Shown piece after piece: positions 51,951-64,000 of a stretch of 64,000 bases of DNA. Position numbers and translations under genes: made by a program. The stretch's first letter is position 1. Every line of letters begins with the position of its first letter. A model generated the notes under the pieces. The model saw only the letters and a program-made list of their open reading frames with translations, was not told the origin of the DNA and made no database searches. Source of the stretch: Escherichia coli (GTDB lineage Bacteria; Pseudomonadota; Gammaproteobacteria; Enterobacterales; Enterobacteriaceae); the NCBI RefSeq assembly GCF_009931435.1, contig NZ_CP043414.1; one strand, given 5' to 3'.

Positions 51951-52669
51951 TTGAATTTAAAAACGTCTCCAAGCATTTTGGTCCAACCCAGGTGCTGCAC
52001 AATATCGATTTGAACATTGCTCAGGGCGAAGTCGTGGTGATTATCGGGCCGTCCGGTTCCGGTAAATCGACCCTGCTGCGTTGCATCAACAAACTGGAAG
52101 AAATCACCTCCGGCGATCTGATTGTCGATGGCCTGAAGGTTAACGATCCGAAAGTTGACGAGCGCCTGATTCGCCAGGAAGCGGGTATGGTGTTCCAGCA
52201 GTTTTACCTTTTCCCGCATCTGACGGCGCTGGAAAACGTCATGTTTGGCCCGCTACGTGTACGTGGCGCGAACAAAGAAGAGGCGGAAAAACTGGCGCGT
52301 GAACTGCTGGCGAAAGTCGGTCTGGCAGAACGTGCACATCACTACCCTTCCGAACTTTCTGGTGGTCAGCAGCAGCGTGTGGCGATTGCCCGCGCGCTGG
52401 CGGTGAAGCCGAAAATGATGCTATTTGATGAACCGACTTCCGCTCTTGACCCGGAACTGCGCCATGAAGTGCTGAAGGTTATGCAGGATCTGGCTGAAGA
52501 AGGGATGACGATGGTGATCGTGACACACGAAATCGGTTTTGCCGAGAAAGTCGCTTCGCGCCTGATCTTTATCGACAAAGGCCGGATTGCGGAAGATGGC
52601 GATCCGCAGGTGTTGATCAAGAACCCACCGAGCCAGCGCTTGCAGGAATTTTTGCAGCACGTCTCTTAA
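51947..52669 (+). CDS. glnQ: Glutamine ABC transporter ATP-binding protein
   Basis: 240 aa, Walker [10 protein letters not shown], signature LSGGQQQR. Confidence 0.9.
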   Translation: MIEFKNVSKHFGPTQVLHNIDLNIAQGEVVVIIGPSGSGKSTLLRCINKLEEITSGDLIVDGLKVNDPKVDERLIRQEAGMVFQQFYLFPHLTALENVMFGPLRVRGANKEEAEKLARELLAKVGLAERAHHYPSELSGGQQQRVAIARALAVKPKMMLFDEPTSALDPELRHEVLKVMQDLAEEGMTMVIVTHEIGFAEKVASRLIFIDKGRIAEDGDPQVLIKNPPSQRLQEFLQHVS

Positions 52670-52785
52670 CTTCTCAGCCTCCCTTTCCCCCGAAAGGGAG
52701 GCACACCAGATTCCTCTCATTTAAAATCGCCCCTCCTCCAGCATCTATACTTATCTTTTTGCTCTGTTTTCTCACTGGAGGAGTC

Positions 52786-55011
52786 ATGCGGTGGATCCTG
52801 TTCATCCTCTTCTGCCTGCTGGGCGCACCTGCCCACGCGGTATCCATACCCGGCGTTACAACCACAACGACAACGGACTCAACGACTGAACCGGCCCCGG
52901 AACCGGATATCGAACAAAAAAAAGCGGCCTATGGCGCACTGGCGGATGTGCTGGATAATGACACCTCGCGTAAAGAGTTGATCGACCAGTTGCGCACCGT
53001 CGCCGCGACGCCCCCTGCGGAACCCGTACCGAAGATCGTGCCGCCGACGCTGGTTGAAGAGCAAACCGTGCTGCAAAAAGTCACCGAAGTCAGCCGCCAT
53101 TATGGTGAAGCCCTTTCTGCCCGCTTCGGACAACTTTATCGCAATATCACCGGCTCCCCGCATAAGCCGTTTAATCCACAAACCTTCAGCAATGCGTTGA
53201 CCCATTTTTCAATGTTAGCGGTATTAGTGTTTGGTTTTTACTGGCTGATTCGCCTGTGCGCACTGCCGCTGTATCGCAAAATGGGCCAGTGGGCGCGGCA
53301 AAAAAATCGTGAGCGCAGTAACTGGTTGCAGCTTCCGGCGATGATTATCGGGGCGTTTATTATCGACCTGCTGTTACTGGCACTGACATTATTTGTCGGC
53401 CAGGTCTTAAGCGACAACCTGAATGCGGGCAGTCGCACCATCGCTTTCCAACAAAGTTTGTTTCTCAATGCCTTTGCCCTGATTGAATTTTTCAAAGCCG
53501 TACTACGCCTGATTTTTTGCCCCAATGTGGCGGAGCTGCGCCCGTTCACGATTCAGGACGAAAGCGCCCGTTACTGGAGTCGTCGCCTGAGCTGGTTAAG
53601 CAGCCTGATTGGGTATGGTCTGATTGTGGCTGTGCCGATTATCTCTAATCAGGTGAATGTGCAAATCGGTGCGCTAGCGAACGTCATCATTATGCTGTGC
53701 ATGACCGTCTGGGCGCTGTACCTGATCTTTCGTAATAAAAAAGAGATTACGCAGCATTTGCTCAACTTCGCGGAACACTCGCTGGCCTTTTTCAGCCTGT
53801 TTATTCGCGCTTTTGCGCTGGTGTGGCACTGGTTGGCAAGCGCCTATTTTATCGTGCTGTTTTTCTTTTCGTTGTTCGATCCGGGCAACAGCCTGAAATT
53901 TATGATGGGTGCAACGGTACGCAGCCTGGCGATTATTGGTATCGCCGCGTTTGTTTCCGGTATGTTTTCCCGCTGGTTGGCGAAGACCATCACTCTCTCG
54001 CCACATACTCAGCGTAATTATCCGGAACTGCAAAAACGGCTGAATGGATGGCTTTCGGCGGCACTGAAAACAGCGCGTATTCTGACAGTCTGCGTGGCGG
54101 TAATGCTGCTGTTGAGCGCATGGGGATTGTTCGATTTCTGGAACTGGCTGCAAAACGGCGCGGGGCAGAAAACCGTAGATATCCTGATCCGTATCGCACT
54201 CATCCTTTTCTTCTCGGCGGTTGGCTGGACGGTGCTCGCCAGTTTGATCGAAAACCGGCTGGCTTCGGATATTCATGGCCGCCCGCTACCGAGCGCCCGT
54301 ACGCGTACTCTGCTGACGCTGTTTCGCAACGCGCTGGCGGTGATTATCAGTACCATCACCATCATGATTGTGTTGTCAGAAATCGGCGTCAATATCGCGC
54401 CATTGCTGGCAGGTGCCGGGGCATTAGGTCTGGCTATCTCATTTGGTTCGCAAACGCTGGTGAAAGATATCATCACCGGCGTGTTTATACAGTTTGAAAA
54501 CGGCATGAATACCGGTGATTTAGTGACTATCGGGCCGTTGACCGGCACTGTGGAACGGATGTCGATTCGCTCCGTGGGAGTGCGTCAGGATACCGGGGCG
54601 TATCACATCATTCCGTGGTCTTCGATTACCACCTTTGCTAACTTCGTCCGCGGCATTGGTTCGGTAGTGGCAAATTACGATGTTGATCGCCATGAAGATG
54701 CTGATAAAGCCAATCAGGCGCTGAAAGATGCGGTAGCGGAATTGATGGCAAACGAAGAAATTCGCGGGTTGATTATCGGTGAACCGAACTTTGCCGGGAT
54801 TGTCGGCTTAAGCAATACCGCATTTACACTGCGAGTTTCGTTCACTACGCTGCCACTCAAACAGTGGACGGTACGCTTTGCCCTCGACAGCCAGGTGAAA
54901 AAACATTTCGACCTGGCTGGCGTTCGCGCGCCGGTACAGACTTATCAGGTGCTGCCCGCTCCGGGCGCGGCCCCGGCTGAACCGCTGCCACCGGGAGAAC
55001 CGACACTTTAA
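52786..55011 (+). CDS. ybiO: Mechanosensitive channel YbiO (MscS family)
   Basis: Track ORF from 52759; start at ATG 52786 ([18 protein letters not shown]...), signal peptide, poly-Thr tract, multi-TM MscS-like body. Confidence 0.85.
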   Translation: MRWILFILFCLLGAPAHAVSIPGVTTTTTTDSTTEPAPEPDIEQKKAAYGALADVLDNDTSRKELIDQLRTVAATPPAEPVPKIVPPTLVEEQTVLQKVTEVSRHYGEALSARFGQLYRNITGSPHKPFNPQTFSNALTHFSMLAVLVFGFYWLIRLCALPLYRKMGQWARQKNRERSNWLQLPAMIIGAFIIDLLLLALTLFVGQVLSDNLNAGSRTIAFQQSLFLNAFALIEFFKAVLRLIFCPNVAELRPFTIQDESARYWSRRLSWLSSLIGYGLIVAVPIISNQVNVQIGALANVIIMLCMTVWALYLIFRNKKEITQHLLNFAEHSLAFFSLFIRAFALVWHWLASAYFIVLFFFSLFDPGNSLKFMMGATVRSLAIIGIAAFVSGMFSRWLAKTITLSPHTQRNYPELQKRLNGWLSAALKTARILTVCVAVMLLLSAWGLFDFWNWLQNGAGQKTVDILIRIALILFFSAVGWTVLASLIENRLASDIHGRPLPSARTRTLLTLFRNALAVIISTITIMIVLSEIGVNIAPLLAGAGALGLAISFGSQTLVKDIITGVFIQFENGMNTGDLVTIGPLTGTVERMSIRSVGVRQDTGAYHIIPWSSITTFANFVRGIGSVVANYDVDRHEDADKANQALKDAVAELMANEEIRGLIIGEPNFAGIVGLSNTAFTLRVSFTTLPLKQWTVRFALDSQVKKHFDLAGVRAPVQTYQVLPAPGAAPAEPLPPGEPTL

Positions 55012-55934
55012 CGCTGGCGATTGACAAAACGACGGCGCTGCTCGTCGTTCATAAAGGTCCAGGCAATAAAGCGACTCTGCTTTTGCCCCTGGGCCATCTC
55101 TTTTTTGACCACTTTCACCGCGCCCACGTCCGTCAGAGCACGATACAACGGCGGTAAGTTTTCGCCACGAGATACCAACGAGGTAAACCAAATCACCTGC
55201 TTCGCGAAGCCTTTGCTCTCTTCAATCATCTTTTTGATAAAAGCGACTTCACCGCCGTCACACCACAGCTCCTGTTGCTGACCACCAAAGTTCAGTGCAT
55301 CGTCTTTGTTCAGCCCCAGGTTACGCCGTTTACGCTCACTACCCGCCCGTGCCGCAGCGGCGGAATCGTGGAATGGCGGGTTACACAAGGTCGCGTCGTA
55401 TTGCTCGTTTTTGTGGATAATACCGTTAAAAATCGCCCCACTCTCTTTTTGCCGACGCAGACGAATGGCGCGGTTAAGCCCCGGATTAGCACTGATGATC
55501 GCCTGCGCACTGCTTAACGCCTGGCTGCTGGTTTCACTACCGGTAAAACGCCAGCCATATTCATGTACGCCAATCAGCGGATAAATACAGTTCGCACCAA
55601 CGCCGATATCCAGAATGCTGGCATTAGCTGGAATTGATCCTGTTGCTTCTGCCAGTAAATCGGCAAGGTGATGAATATAATCCGCCCGGCCCGGTACTGG
55701 CGGGCAGAGAAAACCGTCCGGGATATCCCAGTTCGCTACGGCGTAAAAATGGGCCAGCAACGCCTTATTGAGCGCCTTCACCGCCAGCGGATTGGCAAAG
55801 TCTACGCTTTGCTCCCCGGCGGGTGTAAGCGTGAGGAATTGCCCGAGTTCAGGATTCACCTGACAAAGCGTGGCAAGATCGTAGCGGCTGTGATGACGGT
55901 TGCGCGGATGCAACCCCGGTTTCTGGGCGGACAT
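55008..55934 (-). CDS. rlmF: 23S rRNA m6A1618 methyltransferase RlmF
   Basis: Start at ATG 55932-55934 ([20 protein letters not shown]...), 308 aa; stop overlaps ybiO stop (convergent). Confidence 0.85.
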   Translation of the reverse strand: MSAQKPGLHPRNRHHSRYDLATLCQVNPELGQFLTLTPAGEQSVDFANPLAVKALNKALLAHFYAVANWDIPDGFLCPPVPGRADYIHHLADLLAEATGSIPANASILDIGVGANCIYPLIGVHEYGWRFTGSETSSQALSSAQAIISANPGLNRAIRLRRQKESGAIFNGIIHKNEQYDATLCNPPFHDSAAAARAGSERKRRNLGLNKDDALNFGGQQQELWCDGGEVAFIKKMIEESKGFAKQVIWFTSLVSRGENLPPLYRALTDVGAVKVVKKEMAQGQKQSRFIAWTFMNDEQRRRFVNRQR

Positions 55935-56209
55935 AGCATTCTCCTTTAAGCAGCGGCGTAAGATACCCGCATAACGCGACAGGGTAAATATCTGGCTGCG
56001 TTTATCATTCCCCAAAGCCTTAACATGGCTATGGTTTATGGCAATTCATCATAAAAATCAGCATCATGCATGTCATTGATTTGTCTTATTTTGTAAAAAT
56101 ATATCGTTCAAAAAACAAGCACATCTCTGTCAATTTTTTGCGTCATTTTCATCGTCCAGGCGACCTACACTTATCAGGCACTACCCGTTGTATTTATGAG
56201 GATGTCATT

Positions 56210-56470
56210 ATGAAAAAGTGCCTCACACTACTGATTGCCACCGTCCTGAGCGGAATCTCTCTCACGGCTTATGCCGCGCAACCGATGAGTAACCTGGACA
56301 GCGGTCAGCTACGGCCCGCCGGTACCGTTTCGGCAACTGGCGCATCAAACCTAAGCGATCTGGAGGATAAACTGGCAGAAAAAGCGCGCGAACAAGGCGC
56401 GAAAGGTTATGTCATTAATTCCGCAGGCGGAAATGACCAGATGTTCGGTACTGCAACCATCTACAAATAA
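56210..56470 (+). CDS. mcbA: DUF1471/YhcN-family periplasmic protein McbA (YbiM)
   Basis: 86 aa from ATG 56210 (MKKCLTLLIATVLSGISLTAYA...), signal peptide. Confidence 0.75.
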   Translation: MKKCLTLLIATVLSGISLTAYAAQPMSNLDSGQLRPAGTVSATGASNLSDLEDKLAEKAREQGAKGYVINSAGGNDQMFGTATIYK

Positions 56471-56484
56471 CCCCACCAACGTAA

Positions 56485-56512
56485 CTGCATTCGCCTCTGG
56501 ATGCAGTTTTCG
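56485..56512 (+). terminator. Rho-independent terminator after mcbA
   Basis: Hairpin ctgcattcgcctctggatgcag followed by ttttcg. Confidence 0.55.
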
Positions 56513-56604
56513 CCTGTTTTGTAATCAAAAAACATCAAATATGAACGCAATGTAAATAAATGTATTTCTTTTTCGCGCAATGGGTGATAGAAAATCGCGC
56601 CAAG

Positions 56605-56630
56605 TGATAATGCTTATCAAAATTATTATC
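56605..56630. promoter_or_regulatory. Fur box upstream of fiu
   Basis: tgataatgcttatcaaaattattatc resembles Fur consensus GATAATGATAATCATTATC. Confidence 0.55.
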
Positions 56631-56734
56631 ACTTGCACGAACACTATCACGGGATTAACAGTGGCATCGCATCCGCAGAGAGGCTTTCTCGTGACAGTGA
56701 AAATTTCAACATATAAGAAAAAGTCACCTGCAAA

Positions 56735-59017
56735 ATGGAAAACAATCGCAATTTCCCTGCCAGACAATTTCATTCGCTCACGTTCTTTGCCGGTCTTTGT
56801 ATTGGTATTACGCCTGTGGCACAGGCACTCGCCGCCGAAGGGCAAACTAACGCGGATGACACGCTGGTTGTCGAAGCATCAACGCCTTCGCTTTATGCAC
56901 CACAACAATCTGCCGATCCGAAATTCTCGCGTCCGGTAGCGAATACTACCCGCACGATGACGGTGATTTCTGAACAAGTGATTAAAGATCAGGGCGCAAC
57001 CAACCTTACCGACGCGCTCAAAAACGTCCCCGGCGTGGGTGCGTTTTTTGCGGGTGAGAACGGTAACTCCACCACTGGCGACGCCATTTATATGCGTGGT
57101 GCCGATACCTCTAACAGTATTTATATTGATGGCATTCGCGATATCGGCAGCGTCTCGCGCGACACCTTCAATACCGAGCAGGTCGAAGTGATTAAAGGGC
57201 CGTCCGGCACCGACTACGGGCGCAGCGCACCGACGGGCTCGATCAATATGATCAGCAAGCAGCCGCGCAATGATTCGGGCATTGACGCCTCCGCGAGTAT
57301 TGGCAGCGCCTGGTTCCGCCGCGGCACGCTGGACGTCAATCAGGTCATTGGTGATACCACCGCGGTGCGCCTGAATGTAATGGGCGAAAAAACGCACGAT
57401 GCCGGACGCGACAAAGTCAAAAATGAGCGTTACGGCGTCGCCCCTTCTGTCGCTTTTGGCCTTGGTACAGCGAATCGTTTGTATCTTAATTATCTGCATG
57501 TCACCCAGCACAACACGCCAGACGGCGGCATTCCAACCATCGGTTTGCCGGGCTATTCTGCCCCATCTGCGGGAACGGCGGCCCTGAATCATTCCGGAAA
57601 AGTTGATACGCATAACTTTTACGGCACGGATTCCGATTACGACGATTCGACCACCGACACCGCTACCATGCGTTTTGAGCACGACATCAACGATAACACC
57701 ACCATTCGCAACACTACCCGTTGGTCGCGCGTAAAGCAGGATTACCTGATGACGGCGATTATGGGCGGGGCATCGAATATTACCCAGCCCACCAGCGATG
57801 TGAATAGCTGGACGTGGTCACGTACGGCGAATACCAAAGATGTGAGTAATAAAATTCTCACCAACCAGACCAACCTGACCTCGACGTTCTATACCGGCTC
57901 TATCGGTCATGATGTCAGTACCGGCGTGGAATTTACCCGTGAGACGCAGACCAACTACGGCGTTAATCCGGTGACGTTACCGGCGGTGAATATTTATCAT
58001 CCTGACAGCAGCATTCATCCCGGCGGCCTGACGCGCAACGGCGCAAACGCCAATGGTCAGACGGATACCTTCGCAATTTACGCCTTCGATACGCTGCAAA
58101 TCACCCGTGATTTTGAGCTGAACGGCGGGATCCGTCTGGATAATTATCATACTGAATATGACAGTGCCACCGCCTGCGGCGGCAGCGGACGCGGTGCCGT
58201 TACCTGCCCAGCTGGCGTGGCGAAAGGTTCTCCGGTCACCACTGTTGACACCGCCAAGTCTGGCAATCTGGTGAACTGGAAAGCCGGGGCGCTGTATCAC
58301 CTGACGGAAAACGGCAATGTCTATATTAACTATGCCGTTTCCCAACAGCCGCCGGGCGGAAACAACTTCGCCCTTGCGCAGTCTGGCAGCGGTAACAGTG
58401 CCAACCGTACCGATTTTAAACCGCAAAAAGCCAACACCAGCGAGATTGGCACCAAATGGCAGGTTCTGGATAAACGCCTGTTGCTCACCGCCGCGCTGTT
58501 CCGTACTGATATCGAAAATGAAGTTGAGCAAAATGATGACGGAACTTACTCGCAATACGGTAAGAAACGCGTCGAAGGCTATGAGATATCCGTGGCCGGG
58601 AATATCACTCCCGCGTGGCAGGTGATTGGCGGCTATACCCAGCAAAAAGCAACCATCAAAAACGGCAAAGATGTTGCCCAGGATGGTTCCTCATCGCTGC
58701 CGTATACCCCGGAGCACGCCTTTACCTTATGGAGCCAGTACCAGGCAACCGATGATATTTCCGTTGGTGCGGGCGCACGCTATATCGGCAGTATGCATAA
58801 AGGTTCTGACGGCGCGGTGGGAACGCCAGCGTTTACCGAAGGTTATTGGGTCGCCGACGCTAAACTGGGGTATCGGGTTAATCGCAATCTCGACTTCCAG
58901 CTAAACGTCTACAACCTGTTTGATACCGATTACGTCGCCTCAATCAACAAGAGCGGCTACCGTTATCACCCGGGCGAGCCAAGAACGTTCCTGCTTACCG
59001 CCAATATGCATTTCTGA
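56735..59017 (+). CDS. fiu: TonB-dependent catecholate siderophore receptor Fiu
   Basis: 760 aa, signal peptide, TonB-box region, C-terminal aromatic residue. Confidence 0.9.
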   Translation: MENNRNFPARQFHSLTFFAGLCIGITPVAQALAAEGQTNADDTLVVEASTPSLYAPQQSADPKFSRPVANTTRTMTVISEQVIKDQGATNLTDALKNVPGVGAFFAGENGNSTTGDAIYMRGADTSNSIYIDGIRDIGSVSRDTFNTEQVEVIKGPSGTDYGRSAPTGSINMISKQPRNDSGIDASASIGSAWFRRGTLDVNQVIGDTTAVRLNVMGEKTHDAGRDKVKNERYGVAPSVAFGLGTANRLYLNYLHVTQHNTPDGGIPTIGLPGYSAPSAGTAALNHSGKVDTHNFYGTDSDYDDSTTDTATMRFEHDINDNTTIRNTTRWSRVKQDYLMTAIMGGASNITQPTSDVNSWTWSRTANTKDVSNKILTNQTNLTSTFYTGSIGHDVSTGVEFTRETQTNYGVNPVTLPAVNIYHPDSSIHPGGLTRNGANANGQTDTFAIYAFDTLQITRDFELNGGIRLDNYHTEYDSATACGGSGRGAVTCPAGVAKGSPVTTVDTAKSGNLVNWKAGALYHLTENGNVYINYAVSQQPPGGNNFALAQSGSGNSANRTDFKPQKANTSEIGTKWQVLDKRLLLTAALFRTDIENEVEQNDDGTYSQYGKKRVEGYEISVAGNITPAWQVIGGYTQQKATIKNGKDVAQDGSSSLPYTPEHAFTLWSQYQATDDISVGAGARYIGSMHKGSDGAVGTPAFTEGYWVADAKLGYRVNRNLDFQLNVYNLFDTDYVASINKSGYRYHPGEPRTFLLTANMHF

Positions 59018-59067
59018 TTCAGATGTGGGGCGCAGGGCTCACTAATGTTGATGGCGAGAACAGGACT

Positions 59068-59166
59068 GCCTGATGCGCTGCGCTTATCAGGCCTACAAGG
59101 TTGTGCAATGCATTGAATTCACATCATTTGGTAGGCCGGATAAGGCGTTCACGCCGCATCCGGCAT
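59068..59166. repeat. REP/BIME palindromic repeats
   Basis: gcctgatgcgctgcgcttatcaggcctac ... gtaggccggataaggcgttcacgccgcatccggca. Confidence 0.6.
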
Positions 59167-59229
59167 GAACAAAGCACCTGCTGTTAAAAATCGGTGTAGG
59201 GTAAAAGCCCCACTTTTTGGAGAACTTGT

Positions 59230-59907
59230 ATGATGTACCACATTCCCGGCGTGCTATCGCCAAAGGACGTCGCCCGGTTTCGCGAACAACTGGAACAAGC
59301 CGAATGGGTTGATGGACGCGTCACCACCGGCGCACAAGGCGCGCAAGTTAAGAACAATCAACAGGTCGACACCCACAGCGCGTTATACGCCGCCCTGCAA
59401 AATGAGGTGCTGAACGCGGTTAACCAACATGCATTGTTCTTTGCCGCTGCCTTGCCGCGTACCCTTTCCACGCCGCTGTTTAATCGTTATCAGAACAATG
59501 AAACTTACGGTTTTCATGTGGATGGCGCGGTACGCAGTCACCCACAAAACGGCTGGATGCGCACTGACCTTTCTGCCACGCTGTTTTTAAGCGATCCACA
59601 AAGCTACGACGGCGGCGAACTGGTCGTTAATGACACCTTCGGACAACATCGGGTAAAACTCCCGGCAGGCGATCTGGTGTTGTACCCTTCCAGCAGCCTG
59701 CACTGCGTGACCCCCGTAACCCGTGGCGTACGGGTGGCATCATTTATGTGGATCCAGTCGATGATCCGCGATGATAAAAAGCGCGCCATGCTGTTCGAAC
59801 TGGACACCAATATTCAGTCGCTGAAAAGCCGCCATGGCGAAAGTGAAGAGATCCTGTCGCTGCTCAATCTTTATCATAATCTGCTGCGGGAATGGTCGGA
59901 GATCTGA
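59230..59907 (+). CDS. ybiX: PKHD-type Fe(II)/2-oxoglutarate-dependent hydroxylase YbiX
   Basis: 225 aa; HxD...H pattern (FHVDG ... H) typical of 2OG oxygenases. Confidence 0.85.
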   Translation: MMYHIPGVLSPKDVARFREQLEQAEWVDGRVTTGAQGAQVKNNQQVDTHSALYAALQNEVLNAVNQHALFFAAALPRTLSTPLFNRYQNNETYGFHVDGAVRSHPQNGWMRTDLSATLFLSDPQSYDGGELVVNDTFGQHRVKLPAGDLVLYPSSSLHCVTPVTRGVRVASFMWIQSMIRDDKKRAMLFELDTNIQSLKSRHGESEEILSLLNLYHNLLREWSEI

Positions 59908-59980
59908 CGCTTGAACTGCCCGAGTTCGTCCCTATATTAGCTACACTTAACTGTACAAGCATTGATATGGGGAGGACGAT

Positions 59981-60247
59981 ATGGCATCCGGTTGGGCTAA
60001 CGATGACGCCGTCAACGAACAGATCAACAGTACAATTGAAGATGCGATTGCTCGTGCCCGGGGTGAAATTCCGCGTGGCGAGAGCCTGTATGAATGTGAA
60101 GAGTGCGGCGCCCCCATCCCGCAGGCCCGTCGGGAAGCCATTCCTGGCGTGCGCTTATGCATTCACTGCCAACAGGAGAAAGATTTACAAAAACCAGCTT
60201 ATACAGGATATAATCGCAGAGGTTCGAAAGACAGCCAGTTACGTTAA
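59981..60247 (+). CDS. ybiI: DksA/TraR-type C4 zinc-finger protein YbiI
   Basis: 88 aa with CxxC-N17-CxxC (CEECGAPIP...CIHC). Confidence 0.8.
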   Translation: MASGWANDDAVNEQINSTIEDAIARARGEIPRGESLYECEECGAPIPQARREAIPGVRLCIHCQQEKDLQKPAYTGYNRRGSKDSQLR

Positions 60248-60511
60248 CTACAACTGGCGGGATGTATAGCGAGTATAATTTGTATTTTGCGTGGCATTCC
60301 GTGCCTTTAACGCTGTCGTGACTGCCACGCTGCATAAAACACGTCCATAAGTTCAACAAATAAATGGATTATCAGTATGTTAGATATCAATCAATTTATT
60401 TGAACAAGGCGGTCAATTCTCTTCGATTTTATCTCTCGAAAAAAAACGTGATACTCATCACATCGACGAAACAACGTCACTTATACAAAAATCACCTGCG
60501 AGAGATTAATT

Positions 60512-60772
60512 ATGAAAACTATCAATACTGTTGTTGCTGCTATGGCTCTTTCAACTCTGTCATTTGGCGTGTTTGCCGCGGAACCGGTAACGGCATCCCA
60601 GGCACAGAACATGAATAAAATCGGCGTGGTTTCTGCCGATGGCGCATCCACCCTCGATGCCCTGGAAGCGAAACTGGCTGAGAAAGCTGCGGCTGCTGGT
60701 GCTAGTGGATACAGCATCACTTCCGCCACCAACAACAATAAATTAAGCGGTACCGCGGTTATCTATAAGTAA
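60512..60772 (+). CDS. ybiJ: DUF1471/YhcN-family periplasmic protein YbiJ
   Basis: 86 aa with signal peptide; paralog-like to mcbA (shared ...LEAKLAEKA...GA.GY.I.SA...IYK). Confidence 0.8.
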   Translation: MKTINTVVAAMALSTLSFGVFAAEPVTASQAQNMNKIGVVSADGASTLDALEAKLAEKAAAAGASGYSITSATNNNKLSGTAVIYK

Positions 60773-60774
60773 TT

Positions 60775-60900
60775 CGTAGGCTGGATAAGGCGTTCACGTC
60801 GCATCCGGCAACAGGTGCCTGATGCGACGCTACCGCATCTTATCAGGCCTACAAAATCCGAACCGTTTGACGGATAAGGCGTTTACGCTACGTCCAGCAT
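60775..60900. repeat. REP/BIME palindromic repeat cluster
   Basis: gtaggctggataaggcgttcacgtcgcatccggca ... gcctgatgcgacgctaccgcatcttatcaggcctac. Confidence 0.6.
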
Positions 60901-60999
60901 AAGTATTTCCCTGTCTGTTTGCCGACAGACGCATATGCTCTAACCCTCATTGATCCTATGTTACCCTTGTTTGCCCGTCCGTCACTGGACGGGCTTTTT

Positions 61000-63188
<2,189 letters not shown>

Positions 63189-63215
63189 TTACGACTCCTT
63201 ACCTGACTCACATCA

Positions 63216-64000
63216 TTAACGCCGCCGACGGCGTGGGGATTTCGTTTTTTCTTTCTTTTTAACTATACCTTCAGGGACTTCCGGTTGCTCTATCGGAAAT
63301 ACCGGTAATGCATCCAGTAGCCGCTTGCCGTAGTTTTTGGTGAGCAAGCGTTTATCGTAAATCACCACTTCGCCCCAGCAACCGTGGCTTCGAATCAGTC
63401 GCCCAACCTGCTGAATCAGGTTAAACGAGGCGCTCGGCAGGCTTTGTACTTCAAACGGATAGCGGTTGAGGCTTTTCAGCCATTCACCTTCGGTGATCAC
63501 TACTGGGCTGTCGATGGGCGGAAAAGCGATTTTGTGGATATGCACCTGGCTTAACAGATCACCTTTCAAATCAAGCCCTTCGGCAAATGACTGTAAACCC
63601 ACCAGCACGCTGCGCTCACCGTTGGCAACGCGTTTGCGGTGCAGTTCAACTAAACGGTAACGCGGCTGATCGCCCTGCACCAGCAGCATCAGACGTAAAT
63701 CCGTCACATAGTCGAGAAACCGCTGCATCGCCCGTCCGCTGGCAAACAGTACCAACATACCGAGATGTTTTTTGCTCTCCACCTGTTCACGGAAAAAGGC
63801 CGCCATTTCGGCAATGTGCTGTTCTTCGTTGTCGATGGAAGGCTCAAAGCGCATCCGGGGAATAACAATTTTGCCCTGTTCGCAGTGGTTAAAGGGCGAA
63901 TCCAGCGCCACAAAACGGTCGCCCGCTTTCTCTTTCAGCCCGCTCATCTCCTGCAAACGCGAAAAACTGTTCAGCGAACGCAAGGTTGCGGAGGTAACAA
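63216..64000 (-). CDS. dinG: ATP-dependent DNA helicase DinG, partial (N-terminal part beyond window end)
   Basis: Minus-strand frame open to window end; C-terminus ...VPEGIVKKKEKTKSPRRRRR; syntenic with ybiB. Confidence 0.8.
   Translation of the reverse strand, partial: VTSATLRSLNSFSRLQEMSGLKEKAGDRFVALDSPFNHCEQGKIVIPRMRFEPSIDNEEQHIAEMAAFFREQVESKKHLGMLVLFASGRAMQRFLDYVTDLRLMLLVQGDQPRYRLVELHRKRVANGERSVLVGLQSFAEGLDLKGDLLSQVHIHKIAFPPIDSPVVITEGEWLKSLNRYPFEVQSLPSASFNLIQQVGRLIRSHGCWGEVVIYDKRLLTKNYGKRLLDALPVFPIEQPEVPEGIVKKKEKTKSPRRRRR

Noticed and set aside
52840-52880. Poly-threonine tract (ACN repeats) at the YbiO N-terminus as a possible contingency locus
   Set aside because: Short codon repeat inside a conserved gene; nothing in this single window indicates phase variation.
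56879-58645. Minus-strand ORFs of 267 and 222 aa
   Set aside because: Antisense to fiu; Arg/Gly/Ala-rich; shadow ORFs.

Overview
E. coli-type chromosomal window, reverse-oriented relative to K-12 convention, with conserved backbone iaaA(partial)-moeA-moeB-fsaA-ybiY-ybiW-ybiV-ybiU-ybiT-ldtB-ybiR-mntR ... mntS-opgE-ompX-rhtA-dps-glnHPQ-ybiO-rlmF-mcbA-fiu-ybiX-ybiI-ybiJ-hcxB-ybiB-dinG(partial). Between mntR and mntS (about 14.55-45.33 kb) lies a ~30.8-kb horizontally acquired element: a P2/186-like myovirus prophage (integrase, CI/Apl/CII-like switch, Dam methylase, gpA-like replication initiator, Ogr-like late activator, P2-type head module, contractile tail module with embedded lysis cassette) flanked by imperfect 27-bp direct repeats that each carry an MntR-box-like dyad. 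The strongest candidate for an undescribed system is A/T-rich orphan cargo at the two prophage ends: a 411-aa zinc-ribbon protein (14825-16060) next to a repeat-rich non-coding region at the left end, and a 193-aa membrane-anchored protein (44381-44962) downstream of int. Both are unassigned; function is inferred from context only. Other observations: a chimeric dam-3'/int-3' fossil, a His-rich micro-ORF sharing sequence with the tail-fiber repeats, and a -1 frameshift in the tail chaperone. No rRNA, tRNA, CRISPR array or IS transposase was recognised. Gene names rest on recall of E. coli and phage proteins, not on database searches; coordinates follow the supplied ORF track with starts adjusted where a better start was visible.
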